DNA of 64,000 nt from Escherichia coli (GCF_016026235.1 NZ_CP065613.1); one strand, 5' to 3'. Shown: positions 20,469 through 29,835, counted from the first letter of the stretch. Made by a program: numbers and translations. Notes: generated by a model from the sequence alone, not told the origin.

Positions 20469-21155
20469 TTGCCATTATCTATTGCAATTGCAATAGATAA
20501 TGAGAATCTTTTTGTAAAAAAATACAGATTCGGTTTTGAACGAAGAAGTGACAATGGGAAACCAATTATTTATCTTAGCCATAATTTAGCGCCAGAGGAA
20601 AATATAAGTAATGAATTAACAAATGATGTTGTTGTTAAATTGGTGGTTAAGCCACATGCTGAAAATATTTTAGCTACTATAACTTTTTATAACAGTAGTA
20701 CTAAATCGTATTTTCTCCCCAGAATATATTATCCAAAGAACTTCCAAAAAGGAAATGGAGATGTATTTGATGCTTTGTGTGATGACGAATTCTTGATTAC
20801 ATCAGGAAATATTAGCTTAGACTATCTAGGAGGCTTTTGTCCCTTTGAGCTTGATTTGAATTTGAGCCGATGGGTGGAAATTACGGCAGGTAAAAAAATA
20901 TCTTTTGATGTAAAATTGAATGATATGCATTCATTTCTCCCCAGTTTAAATAATTATCATATAAAAACATTAAACTACAAACTTGTTAGGAGAAAATGGT
21001 TTGTATTAAAATCAATTAATGAAACATTCCTCTCTATTTTGATGAAAAGATACTCATGTAATGAATATGATTTTAGAGCTATATCATTTAGTGGAGAGGG
21101 ATGTGATAATTATGAATTTGATAAAAATACGTTTTTTTTGTTAATCAAATATTAG
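20469..21155 (+). CDS. Hypothetical protein, immunity candidate for the upstream effector
   Basis: AT-rich 228 aa ORF directly downstream; begins with TTG in the track; a 29-codon ATG-initiated hydrophobic peptide (20407..20496) lies in another frame just upstream across a T-run. Confidence 0.3.
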   Translation: MPLSIAIAIDNENLFVKKYRFGFERRSDNGKPIIYLSHNLAPEENISNELTNDVVVKLVVKPHAENILATITFYNSSTKSYFLPRIYYPKNFQKGNGDVFDALCDDEFLITSGNISLDYLGGFCPFELDLNLSRWVEITAGKKISFDVKLNDMHSFLPSLNNYHIKTLNYKLVRRKWFVLKSINETFLSILMKRYSCNEYDFRAISFSGEGCDNYEFDKNTFFLLIKY

Positions 21156-21394
21156 ATAAAGATGATGAGCAACATTCTGTTCATATTAGGTCTAATGAAT
21201 TTTCCATCAATATCGATGGAAGCTTGGTAAAGCAACCTTATTGATTAAAATGTATCGCAGGTTTTATTTTCTGTAATGCTGGTGCATGTGCGTAAATATT
21301 TCTTAAGAGCCGGAAACACCTCTTCCGCCTTTATCGACGATAAACCTACCGCCAGAACCGGTGATGCCATTGACTGCGGTGGCGTGGTTAAAGG

Positions 21395-21732
21395 TGGCGG
21401 GCGATGTGGTGCTGGAGAGCAGCAGCCGGATAAGCCTGAAGGTGGGCGGTTCGTTTGTGGTCATCCATTCAGGGGGCGTGGACATCGTCGGGCCGAAAAT
21501 CAATCTCAATAGCGGCGGTAGTCCGGGAACGCCGGTGCCGACGCTGCAACCGGCGGTTCTGAAAGCGCTGGCAGATGATAAAAGTTTAGCGGCTGAGCAA
21601 AATGATAGTAATGCATCGTCCGATCAGAATGATAACAACGATGAGGGTGAGGAAGCGCCAGAAAAATCGGTGTGTAAGGAGTGCCTGAAAAGGGCGCAAG
21701 AAGCCGCCGCCGTTTTTGCGCCTCGTGGATAA
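21395..21732 (+). pseudogene. vgrG 3-prime fragment (orphan VgrG C-terminal region)
   Basis: 21395-21560 is near-identical at DNA and protein level to vgrG 19103-19270 (GDVVLESSSRISLKVGGSFVVI...GPKINLN); upstream sequence is unrelated to vgrG; distinct C-terminal tail. Confidence 0.7.
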
Positions 21733-21738
21733 GGGAGA

Positions 21739-22509
21739 ATGACAATGATAACAGTATCGCCACACGCTACCGATCAAGACAAATATATTATCTGGCTGAA
21801 GCAAGCTGAATCATTCTGTTCTGCCGCTGGTTTGGATTACATAGATGTGCTTGTTGACCAGGCTGGAACCGACCAACCTTTGCAAAATGATATGCTTCAT
21901 CTGTGGCCAGCCATTCACTGGTATGCCCTGTTTGAAGGAACGCCTGAAGCTGAGACGATGGAGTATTCCCCTGTAGTGTTACGCCTGTACTTTGCGCTCA
22001 GTAGCCATCGCAAATTTCTGGCACAACTGATGGCGTCATTTGCTGATACGCCGCGTCTTACTTTGTTGATATCCCCTCTTACATTCGACCTGCTGGGGCG
22101 GCATCTTCAGGTATTGTCACAGGTTCAGTGGGAAGAACAGACCGGATTGCTGCGTTACTATGATAATCGGGTGTTCCCTTTACTGTTCACACATGTTTTG
22201 ACTAACGAGCAGCAGGCGACATTTACTGATATTGCGTTGTTCTGGAGCTGGTTAGACCGTGATGGTGAGATTAACTGGAAATCAGGAAGTTTTTCACCAG
22301 AACGCAGGCTTACTGACAACCCGGAGATGAATCGGGTGGATGATGTACAGGTGGGATTGATGGGCTGTATCTGCGACGCTGAAGTCCTGATGAAGGAGAA
22401 AGCAGTCAGTGAACTCAGTCAGGAAAGCTATTTTGCCCACTGTCTTGATATTGCTTTCAGAGCCAATGACGCGAAATATTTCGGAGCTTTGCGGGACTTC
22501 GAAGGATAA
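21739..22509 (+). CDS. DUF4123-like T6SS effector adaptor (Tap/Tec-type)
   Basis: 256 aa immediately after the vgrG fragment (RBS AAGGGAG); size and position typical of DUF4123 adaptors. Confidence 0.6.
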   Translation: MTMITVSPHATDQDKYIIWLKQAESFCSAAGLDYIDVLVDQAGTDQPLQNDMLHLWPAIHWYALFEGTPEAETMEYSPVVLRLYFALSSHRKFLAQLMASFADTPRLTLLISPLTFDLLGRHLQVLSQVQWEEQTGLLRYYDNRVFPLLFTHVLTNEQQATFTDIALFWSWLDRDGEINWKSGSFSPERRLTDNPEMNRVDDVQVGLMGCICDAEVLMKEKAVSELSQESYFAHCLDIAFRANDAKYFGALRDFEG

Positions 22510-22822
22510 TATTGTGGTGATGTACGGGGAGATTTATCTGTTTAAAAGTCCGTAGCTGTTAATATCAAGAGATAATCGTGAAATAAACGGAAAATCAAGC
22601 TCGACATGTAATGGTAGTATCCATCATGTTGCATTTGTGTTCGATCGTAATGTCAGTTCACTTGGCTGCAATATATTTTGCGTAATATCATCAATGCTCT
22701 GTCGATATTCCAATGTGTGACAATCGAAAGATATGCATTTTATTTGCTTCTTTGTCAAAACTTTATTGTCGTAGAAACAATACCCATCAATTAAAATCTC
22801 TCAAAGTAAAAGAACCAGCAAC

Positions 22823-23377
22823 ATGTCCAGCAAAATAAGGAAAAGTATCAGTATGAGAGCGATTTTCAAATGTTATTCTCTAATGATTTTATTTGCAGTA
22901 TCAGGCTGTTCAATGGCAAAAAATAGCGGTGATTACACTGCTGTGGATATTAATGGGATAAATCATACGGATAAGGATATAAATTATATACACATCAATG
23001 GTTACGGCGGACCAAATATTGGCCCATTCGGAGACGGTGGAAGATATTGTTGCGTTATGCTGCCAGATAAGTGGCATTCTGGATTAAAAGCCCGAGTTGA
23101 GTGGGAGGTTGATCCAAATACAGCTCCTCTGCCTCCAGGCTATAAGGACAGGGAGAAATTTGAAGCATGGAAGAAAGTTGCGCTAAACAGTTTTAGAAAA
23201 TATTCAACAATTGTTGATATCCCGGAATATGATGCTGAGCTTTGTGGCCTGACCGTTCATTTTCTAACGTGTAATCAGATAAAAGTGACAACCGTCTGCC
23301 AGAAATATGGTACACCAAATTATCCTATCAAAGAACCCCGCGAGATGAAGGAACCAGCAACATGTCCAGCAAAATAA
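22823..23377 (+). CDS. DUF3304-like lipoprotein, Tli1-type immunity candidate (copy a)
   Basis: 184 aa, signal peptide with lipobox VSGC; paralogous to the next gene; Cys-rich (RYCCVMLPDKWHSGLKARVEWEVDPN). Confidence 0.5.
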   Translation: MSSKIRKSISMRAIFKCYSLMILFAVSGCSMAKNSGDYTAVDINGINHTDKDINYIHINGYGGPNIGPFGDGGRYCCVMLPDKWHSGLKARVEWEVDPNTAPLPPGYKDREKFEAWKKVALNSFRKYSTIVDIPEYDAELCGLTVHFLTCNQIKVTTVCQKYGTPNYPIKEPREMKEPATCPAK

Positions 23378-23904
23378 GAAATGGAATGAATATAACAAAA
23401 GTAGTTAAAGGCTGTCTGGTATTAATTTTGATGGTGATTTCGGGTTGCTCAGCAGCTAATTACGACGATTATACTGCAGGTGATCTCCGGGCAATAAATC
23501 ATATTAAAGGTATCAGTATTAATTGGTTCACCGTAAATGGTTATCGGGTCCATGGTTTGGGCGGTGGATATTGCTGCATAATGTTACCAGAGAAGTGGCA
23601 TTCTGGATTAAAAGCCCGGATCGAGTGGGAAGTAGACCCGAACCCCCTTGAACCTATTGCAATGAAAAAAGAAGGTTTTGGCTATGAAGAAGATGCTTAT
23701 GCTAAACATGCTGCAAATTATCAAAAATATAAAGTAATTGTTGATATCCCGGAATACGGCGCTGAACGTTGTGGCCTGACCGTTCATTTTCTGCCGTGTA
23801 ATCAGATTAAAGTGACAACCGTCTGCGAGGGCTATGGCACACCGAATTATCCTATCAAAGAACCCCGCGAGATGAAGGAACCTGCAACATGTCCAGCAAA
23901 ATAA
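23362..23904 (+). CDS. DUF3304-like lipoprotein, Tli1-type immunity candidate (copy b)
   Basis: 180 aa paralog of 22823..23377; the 3-prime approx 130 bp are about 90 percent identical between the copies. Confidence 0.5.
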   Translation: MSSKIRNGMNITKVVKGCLVLILMVISGCSAANYDDYTAGDLRAINHIKGISINWFTVNGYRVHGLGGGYCCIMLPEKWHSGLKARIEWEVDPNPLEPIAMKKEGFGYEEDAYAKHAANYQKYKVIVDIPEYGAERCGLTVHFLPCNQIKVTTVCEGYGTPNYPIKEPREMKEPATCPAK

Positions 23905-25982
23905 GTGGTCTGGCTTTTCCGTGTTATGCCCCCCCGGTGTTCCCTGAAGATGGGCGATTAATATTATCTGAAGTGCAGGTAAACGCGAACTACCTAAAAC
24001 AAATCAATAAAACAGAGGAGCACAAAACCAACTGTAGTAAACAGGCTGGATTTAGAATTGGCTTTACGTGTAATCAAAGTCTGCATATTAGTCTGTTTTT
24101 TGATGGTACAAATAATAATGAATATAATGACACAAAAGTCTCTCATCCAACCAATATTGCGAAATTATTCCACACAAGTATCGAAGACCGTAATGCTGGG
24201 TATTTTTCCTATTACATACCTGGTGTAGGCACACCATTTCCCAAGATAGGTGAAATGGATTACAGCAACAGCGGACTGGAATTTGCCACCGGTGGTGAAG
24301 ACAGGATTAATTGGGCATTATTACGCCTCGTGGATGCTCTTAGCTATGCTATTGACCCTACCCAAAATGGGCTGAATGAGAAGGTGGCAAAAGAGCACAT
24401 TCCTGTCATGCGAGCTCACTGGCCGATGACTGGTGAAGTGAATCGTCGCAATGTGATTAACCCCTACCTGGAAAAATTACAGGGGCAGTTAGAACAAGCC
24501 AGTCCGCGCCTGCTAAACGTAAAGCTATTTATCTACGGATTTTCCCGTGGCGCAGCGGAAGCGCGAACCTTTGTTAACTGGTTGACTCAGTTAGCTTGCC
24601 CGCAGAGGCAACAGGTGATGCTGGCCGGTTTAGCTGTCAGTATTGAGTTTTTGGGGCTGCTGGATACCGTAGCTTCTGTGGGGGCGGCGCATGTTTTGCC
24701 GGGCGCTGCCGGTCATATGGGATGGGCCGATAGTACTCAGCAACTCCCTGATGAGCGGCACTTTCCCGGCCTGATTAAATGCTGTCGTCACTTCGTTGCC
24801 GCGCATGAGCAGCGGCTGTGCTTCCCGCTGGATTCAATCCGTCGTCCTGAAGGCAATTATCCTTTATATGCAGAGGAAGTGATCTATCCGGGGATGCACT
24901 CTGATGTCGGTGGTGGCTATCCCGTTTGCGATCAGGGGAAGTCCTGTGGAGGTCCAGATGAAATTCTCTCTCAAATTGCTCTGCATGATATGTATCTTGC
25001 GGCGTTTGATGAGGGCTCTCCATTATCAGTGCATCCTTTATTCATAACCAAAATGATAAAAGATATTTCACCATCAAGAGCTATGTCTGATTCATCAATT
25101 GCTGAATTTGTCATCGCTCCAATGTTGATTAAACGCTTCAACATCTGGCGTCAAGCGCTGCTGAACACCACCTTGCAGGGTACAGAAGAAATGATTGATA
25201 CGAGGGAAGGTTATCACTCCTATCAACTTGCCCAGGTTCTTGAAAGCGCAATTAGCGATCAGATCGGCTGGATCACCGCCTGGCGTATCGGTCGCTATGC
25301 GAATAACAGCCTTCTTGTGCAACCTTTTTATATTAAGGCGCCACAGCTGGATAAAGATGGACTTGATAAAGAGGCTAAAGCGCGTAAAGAACAAATGGAA
25401 AATATTGAAAAAGAACAGGCGAACAAGCAGAAAGGGAATGGCACACTTGATGAAAGTAATCAGGGCATTCCTATCCTTGACCCAACCAATGCTCAGTATC
25501 AGTTGCGAGAGGCAGCCCGAGAATTTCAGAGCGATTATAAAGGATGGACGCGCGATATTAACGGCAGCGTCATGGAGAAAGCCATTCAGATTCTTGTGGA
25601 TGTCATTCCTAAATATCCGGTGTATCTGATTAATGGCGATGATGAAGCAAAAGAATATCAGCAAATTAAGGCTATGGGAGACGGACTCTATCCACAATTT
25701 TTTATTGATTCACTGGGAACGGGAACGCGTACTCAGCCATGCGCTGAATTACTGGCTCTCTATGATGACCAGGTTCACGACTCCCGCGCCTGGTTTATGC
25801 AAAGTTCGCTGGGTGGACGCGAACCCTGGGGCGGTTATTTTCGCTACCGCATGATTTACTTCGGTGATGAGGCTAATAAAGAGCTGAAGCTAATCTCTGC
25901 AGATGGCAAAGTTGTTGGCGATCAGCCCACATCCAACCGGGTCATTTATTGGATGGAATCGAAAACGGTGAGCCGAGGTTAA
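23889..25982 (+). CDS. Tle1-like phospholipase effector (DUF2235 alpha/beta hydrolase)
   Basis: 697 aa; DUF2235 hallmark HISLFFDGTNNN and nucleophile elbow GFSRG; follows adaptor and lipoprotein genes. Confidence 0.7.
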   Translation: MSSKISGLAFPCYAPPVFPEDGRLILSEVQVNANYLKQINKTEEHKTNCSKQAGFRIGFTCNQSLHISLFFDGTNNNEYNDTKVSHPTNIAKLFHTSIEDRNAGYFSYYIPGVGTPFPKIGEMDYSNSGLEFATGGEDRINWALLRLVDALSYAIDPTQNGLNEKVAKEHIPVMRAHWPMTGEVNRRNVINPYLEKLQGQLEQASPRLLNVKLFIYGFSRGAAEARTFVNWLTQLACPQRQQVMLAGLAVSIEFLGLLDTVASVGAAHVLPGAAGHMGWADSTQQLPDERHFPGLIKCCRHFVAAHEQRLCFPLDSIRRPEGNYPLYAEEVIYPGMHSDVGGGYPVCDQGKSCGGPDEILSQIALHDMYLAAFDEGSPLSVHPLFITKMIKDISPSRAMSDSSIAEFVIAPMLIKRFNIWRQALLNTTLQGTEEMIDTREGYHSYQLAQVLESAISDQIGWITAWRIGRYANNSLLVQPFYIKAPQLDKDGLDKEAKARKEQMENIEKEQANKQKGNGTLDESNQGIPILDPTNAQYQLREAAREFQSDYKGWTRDINGSVMEKAIQILVDVIPKYPVYLINGDDEAKEYQQIKAMGDGLYPQFFIDSLGTGTRTQPCAELLALYDDQVHDSRAWFMQSSLGGREPWGGYFRYRMIYFGDEANKELKLISADGKVVGDQPTSNRVIYWMESKTVSRG

Positions 25983-26039
25983 GTTCATAAGATTGAGGGG
26001 TTGGTGACCGGGAAAATGTAGACATGTAGTGCCTAATCA

Positions 26040-26100
26040 CCCCAGTTCAAACCCATCCGCATCCCGCCATGCCGGAAACTTCACACTGTACTCCCAGGGA
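26040..26100 (-). pseudogene. Diverged duplicate of the yafV 3-prime end
   Basis: 26053-26092 matches 29895-29928 (catccgcatccYgccatgccggaaactt); reverse translation reads ...KFPAWRDADGFELG*, like the yafV C-terminus ...[14 protein letters not shown]. Confidence 0.45.
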
Positions 26101-26238
26101 AAAATCACGTAATGCTGCTTTTTTTGTACTAAATAATTCGCATTTTATGTTCAATAATTGAGGTGTTCCTTATTACCTAAAGCTGTTTTTCATTGCTTAT
26201 ACATGATCAAATACTCATTGCATAATTAAGGGGGCAAA

Positions 26239-27055
26239 ATGGAACTTAAAAAATTGATGGAACATATTTCTATTATCCCCGATTACAGGCAAGCCTGGAA
26301 AGTGGAACATAAATTGCAGATATTCTATCTGTTAACTATTTGCGCCGTTATTTCTGGTGCATAATGCTGGGAAGATATAGAGGATTTGGGGAAACACAAC
26401 CCGATTTTTTGAAGTGATATGGTGATTTTGAAAATGGTATTCCTGTTCACGATATCATTGCCAGAGTTGTATCCTGTATCAGTCCTGAAAAATTTCATGA
26501 GTGCTTTATTAACTGGATGCGTGACTGTCATTCTTCAGATGATAAAGACGTCATTACAATTGATGGAAAAACGCTCCGGCACTCTTATGATAAAAGTCGT
26601 CACAAGGGAGCAATTTATGTCATTAAAATCCGTCTTCATATTGTTTGCATGTCTCTGATGAATTTATTGATTTTACGTTTGAATGGAAAGGGCTGAAGAA
26701 ATTATGCATGGCAGTCTCATTTCGCTCAATAATAGCAGAACAAAAGAAAAATCCCGAAATGACGGTCAGATATTATAGCATTTCTGCTGATTTAACCGCA
26801 GAGAAGTTCGCCACAGCGAACCGAAATCACTGGCAAGTGGAGAATAAATTGCACTGGCATCTGGACGTGGTAATGAATAAAGACGACTTTATAATAAGAA
26901 GATGAAATGCAACAGAATTATTTTCAGGGATACGGAACATCGCTATTAATATTTCAAAGAAAGATAAGATACTCAAGGCCGGGGCAAGATGTAAGATGTG
27001 AAAGCAGCTGCGGACAGAGACTACCTCGCGTCAGTCCTTTCGGGGGCGGGCTTTC
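26239..27055 (+). pseudogene. H-repeat associated protein (ISAs1-family transposase) pseudogene with internal deletion and frameshifts
   Basis: Starts [26 protein letters not shown]..., then stop/frame changes; contains [28 protein letters not shown] and C-terminal [23 protein letters not shown]...[20 protein letters not shown]; about 320 bp of the middle are missing relative to the full-length family. Confidence 0.7.
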
Positions 27056-27228
27056 GTAATCTTGCTCTGCAAGGGATGATAAAAAGTGCAACTTTATTCC
27101 ACGCAGCTATTTAGACAGCGTACAGTAAACAAACGAAAGTTGTTATTTCAATGGTCAGGGCAAGAGCATGAAGTGTTTACTACACACTATGCTCTTGTAC
27201 TGGAGTCAGGTCTTGTTTGGAGGGATAA

Positions 27229-27732
27229 ATGGTAGATATTGTCGAGGCCGATAAAACGGATATTTATTTCATTCAGGAGAGTGTTTATGGCAAAATCGGG
27301 TTGCCAGCTTTTGGTAATACAATAGGACCATCCGCACAGCAAGTTGTTAAAAAGGTATTCGCTGTCGTTAAAGAACGAGATAAGACACATGCAAAACAGA
27401 GATTATTGTTGGAATATAATGGTAACAAACTCTGGATGAATGCTATTGATGGCAGTGAAGCTATCCTACCAACAGAATTTTCTAAGCGATACGAACTTTC
27501 ATTATTCAATACTACTAATTTTGGAGAAGATCCTTTTCCTGATGTTAATTTATATAATAATATGAAATCAAGTTTTTTTGTAAGGTTTGGTGGAACATCC
27601 CATCCCGAGGCTTGGGCTATTTATAATGCAAGTACGAAAGAGGTTAAATATATAGAAACTGCAAGAGAAATTGATAAAATATTCAGTGATTTTAACTTGA
27701 GTGGTACATTGCCAATTCACATTGGTCAATGA
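27229..27732 (+). CDS. Hypothetical protein (AT-rich orphan ORF)
   Basis: 167 aa ORF in a very AT-rich segment between H-repeat fragments; no recognisable motif. Confidence 0.3.
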   Translation: MVDIVEADKTDIYFIQESVYGKIGLPAFGNTIGPSAQQVVKKVFAVVKERDKTHAKQRLLLEYNGNKLWMNAIDGSEAILPTEFSKRYELSLFNTTNFGEDPFPDVNLYNNMKSSFFVRFGGTSHPEAWAIYNASTKEVKYIETAREIDKIFSDFNLSGTLPIHIGQ

Positions 27733-28005
27733 TTTTTCAAATTGTGTGATTAAATAATTGAACATTAATGATGATTTATAGCATCATTATTCTATAACAT
27801 GAATAAACGGATTGAATGTGTTATGTTAAAAATGAGTTTATACGTAATAATATTGTTATTTCCCTTTCAGATTAGTGCAGCCATTACTAGCAAGGAAAGT
27901 GAGGTTGTTTCACCATTATTAATGGATGTTAATTCTTCACTAACAATGGAAAATATTTCTGAATTATCCACATCATCGGAACCATCGCAACAGGGGGTAT
28001 TTCCC

Positions 28006-29297
28006 TGAGGGATCCCCAGAAAATTTAGTAAACCATTATCATATTGGTATACCGTTGCTGTAGAACTTTCAGCCCTGCGTCAAGTGACAGTGTGTTTAGT
28101 ATGAGTGGAGAATGTCGAATCACATTCTCCGCCAGTTTTAATAACGAGATGACTCGCCTGTGCTTCACTGTATTTGCCTGATATTTATGATGTATCCCTT
28201 TGTTTTCCAGGCTGAAACCGCTTAACCACATAATGATACTGGCTAATGTTGCGATCAGACTCAATACCGTGACCCGCCCGGATGAATGACTGGCACCAAA
28301 CCGTAGTCCAAATCCCCAGCGAGGATTTTTTTCATCCCTGAAATTTTGCTCAATTTGCATTCTACGGCTGTATAATTTCATTACCTGTTTTGGCGAGAAC
28401 TCAGTACTGTTTGTGAAAATAAACCATGGTGATTTCCCGGCAGTACGAGCTTTAGCCGTCACCGATGGTCTGGTTGCTCTTTCCTTCGAGCGTTTAAATC
28501 TACGACCTTTAGGCTTACTTTTATAAAGATAAAAATGCCCTTCATGTTGTGCATTTTTATCTCGACCCAGCAGGCCTTCACCTAAATAAATTGCTGTCGT
28601 TGATGCTTTTGTGCCTGAGTCCGACACCTTTTCCCAGCCATTACCAACATTGTAATAATGATTGCCCAGTACCCGGCAAATATAGGTCCAGCCACGGGAG
28701 CGGAGCTGTTGGAACCATCGCCCCTGAAAACCGGCATCTGTAATAACAATGACATCAGTCCCGGGGGAAAAGCACTCAGCAAGCGATTCCAGAAAACGCT
28801 CATGTACATCTGCATTCGCTGTCTGTGATGATGGAACGACACAACTCATCAACGGTAAAGAACGCCCGTCACATGCCAGGCTTGCCCGCAAAAGCTGAAA
28901 ACGAGAGGCATGATAAGCACTCCAGTCAATGAGTATCACAACACGAGACATTCCCCGCGTAATCTTTTGGGTAATTCGCTGAAAAATGGTGGAAACCTCA
29001 TTTTGCAAATGTCGATTCCCCAACAGTCGATCCACCCGCTTTATTTTGTTTTTAACTGATGCCGTACCGGTTAAATGACGCCCGATACTGGTAAGTGTGA
29101 GGGAAGCGCCATTTATTACAGCATTAGTTGCGTCAATCAGTGATTTTTGACGGTAAAGATGCAAAGGGGCCAGTATATTGTTAAGGAAATTTTGGCATAA
29201 TGAACGTGCAGGCATAGTGGTGATCTCCTTGAAATTGTTAGCACAATCAATTAGATCACATCTCACTATGCCTGTCTTGTTTTCTGGGGATTCCTCA
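28006..29297 (-). mobile_element. IS4-family-like insertion sequence, copy 1 (intact), approx 1292 bp
   Basis: Terminal inverted repeats TGAGGGATCCCCAGAAAA / TGAGGAATCCCCAGAAAA; 11-bp direct repeat GGGGTATTTCC at 27994-28004 and 29298-29308; single transposase ORF. Confidence 0.8.
28025..29215 (-). CDS. IS transposase (intact)
   Basis: Track ORF 28025..29266; start placed at ATG 29215 (MPARSLCQNFLNN...) with RBS AAGGAG, matching the start in copy 2. Confidence 0.8.
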   Translation of the reverse strand: MPARSLCQNFLNNILAPLHLYRQKSLIDATNAVINGASLTLTSIGRHLTGTASVKNKIKRVDRLLGNRHLQNEVSTIFQRITQKITRGMSRVVILIDWSAYHASRFQLLRASLACDGRSLPLMSCVVPSSQTANADVHERFLESLAECFSPGTDVIVITDAGFQGRWFQQLRSRGWTYICRVLGNHYYNVGNGWEKVSDSGTKASTTAIYLGEGLLGRDKNAQHEGHFYLYKSKPKGRRFKRSKERATRPSVTAKARTAGKSPWFIFTNSTEFSPKQVMKLYSRRMQIEQNFRDEKNPRWGFGLRFGASHSSGRVTVLSLIATLASIIMWLSGFSLENKGIHHKYQANTVKHRRVISLLKLAENVIRHSPLILNTLSLDAGLKVLQQRYTNMIMVY

Positions 29298-29635
29298 GGG
29301 GTATTTCCTGTAATATGTACTCGACTTCATCCTGGCTCTGTAATGAAACGCCAGTTATTAACCGGCTGGGGGCCTGTTTTTATAATTGGGGATGATCCTT
29401 TTTCTCTGCGCTGGATGAGTGAACATCTGGAGATCCTTAAATCGCTAAATGCCCTTGGTTTGGTTGTTAATGTTGAATCAGTAGAACGAATGGAGGTATT
29501 ACAGCAGCGGGCTGATGGGTTATTGTTATTGCCAGTTATCTGCGATAATTTCGTGCAAACTCTGCAATTAAATGCTTATCCGGTATTAATCACAGAGATG
29601 GAAATATCACAATGATTAATAACATAATTACTGCA

Positions 29636-29835
29636 AATAATATCGTAATTTTGAAAATGGTAATCCTGTTCACGACACCATAATTAGAGTTATGTCTTGT
29701 ATCCGTTCAGTATAATTTCACGAATGCTTTATTAACTGGATGCGTGACTGCCATTCATCAAATGATAAAGACGTCATCGCAATTGATGGAAAAGCGCTTC
29801 CACACTCCTATGATAAAAGTGGTCGCAGGAGAGCG
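29636..29835 (+). pseudogene. H-repeat associated protein fragment (second, diverged copy of the 5-prime region)
   Basis: Encodes ...[35 protein letters not shown]...; about 85 percent DNA identity to 26420-26590, same orientation. Confidence 0.55.

Larger units (their letters stand above)
27799..29615 (+). pseudogene. Hypothetical secreted-protein gene interrupted by an IS insertion
   Basis: ORF 27799..28008 (hydrophobic N-terminus) and ORF tail 29298..29615 are in frame across the 11-bp target duplication GGGGTATTTCC (both sides read GVFP), reconstructing an approx 170 aa protein. Confidence 0.5.

Noticed and set aside
19869-20554. Minus-strand ORFs of 113, 77 aa in the effector region
   Set aside because: AT-rich DNA yields chance ORFs; they are antisense to the better-supported plus-strand cargo genes.
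25095-25697. 200 aa minus-strand ORF
   Set aside because: Antisense within the AT-richer 3-prime part of the Tle1-like gene; low-complexity hydrophobic translation.
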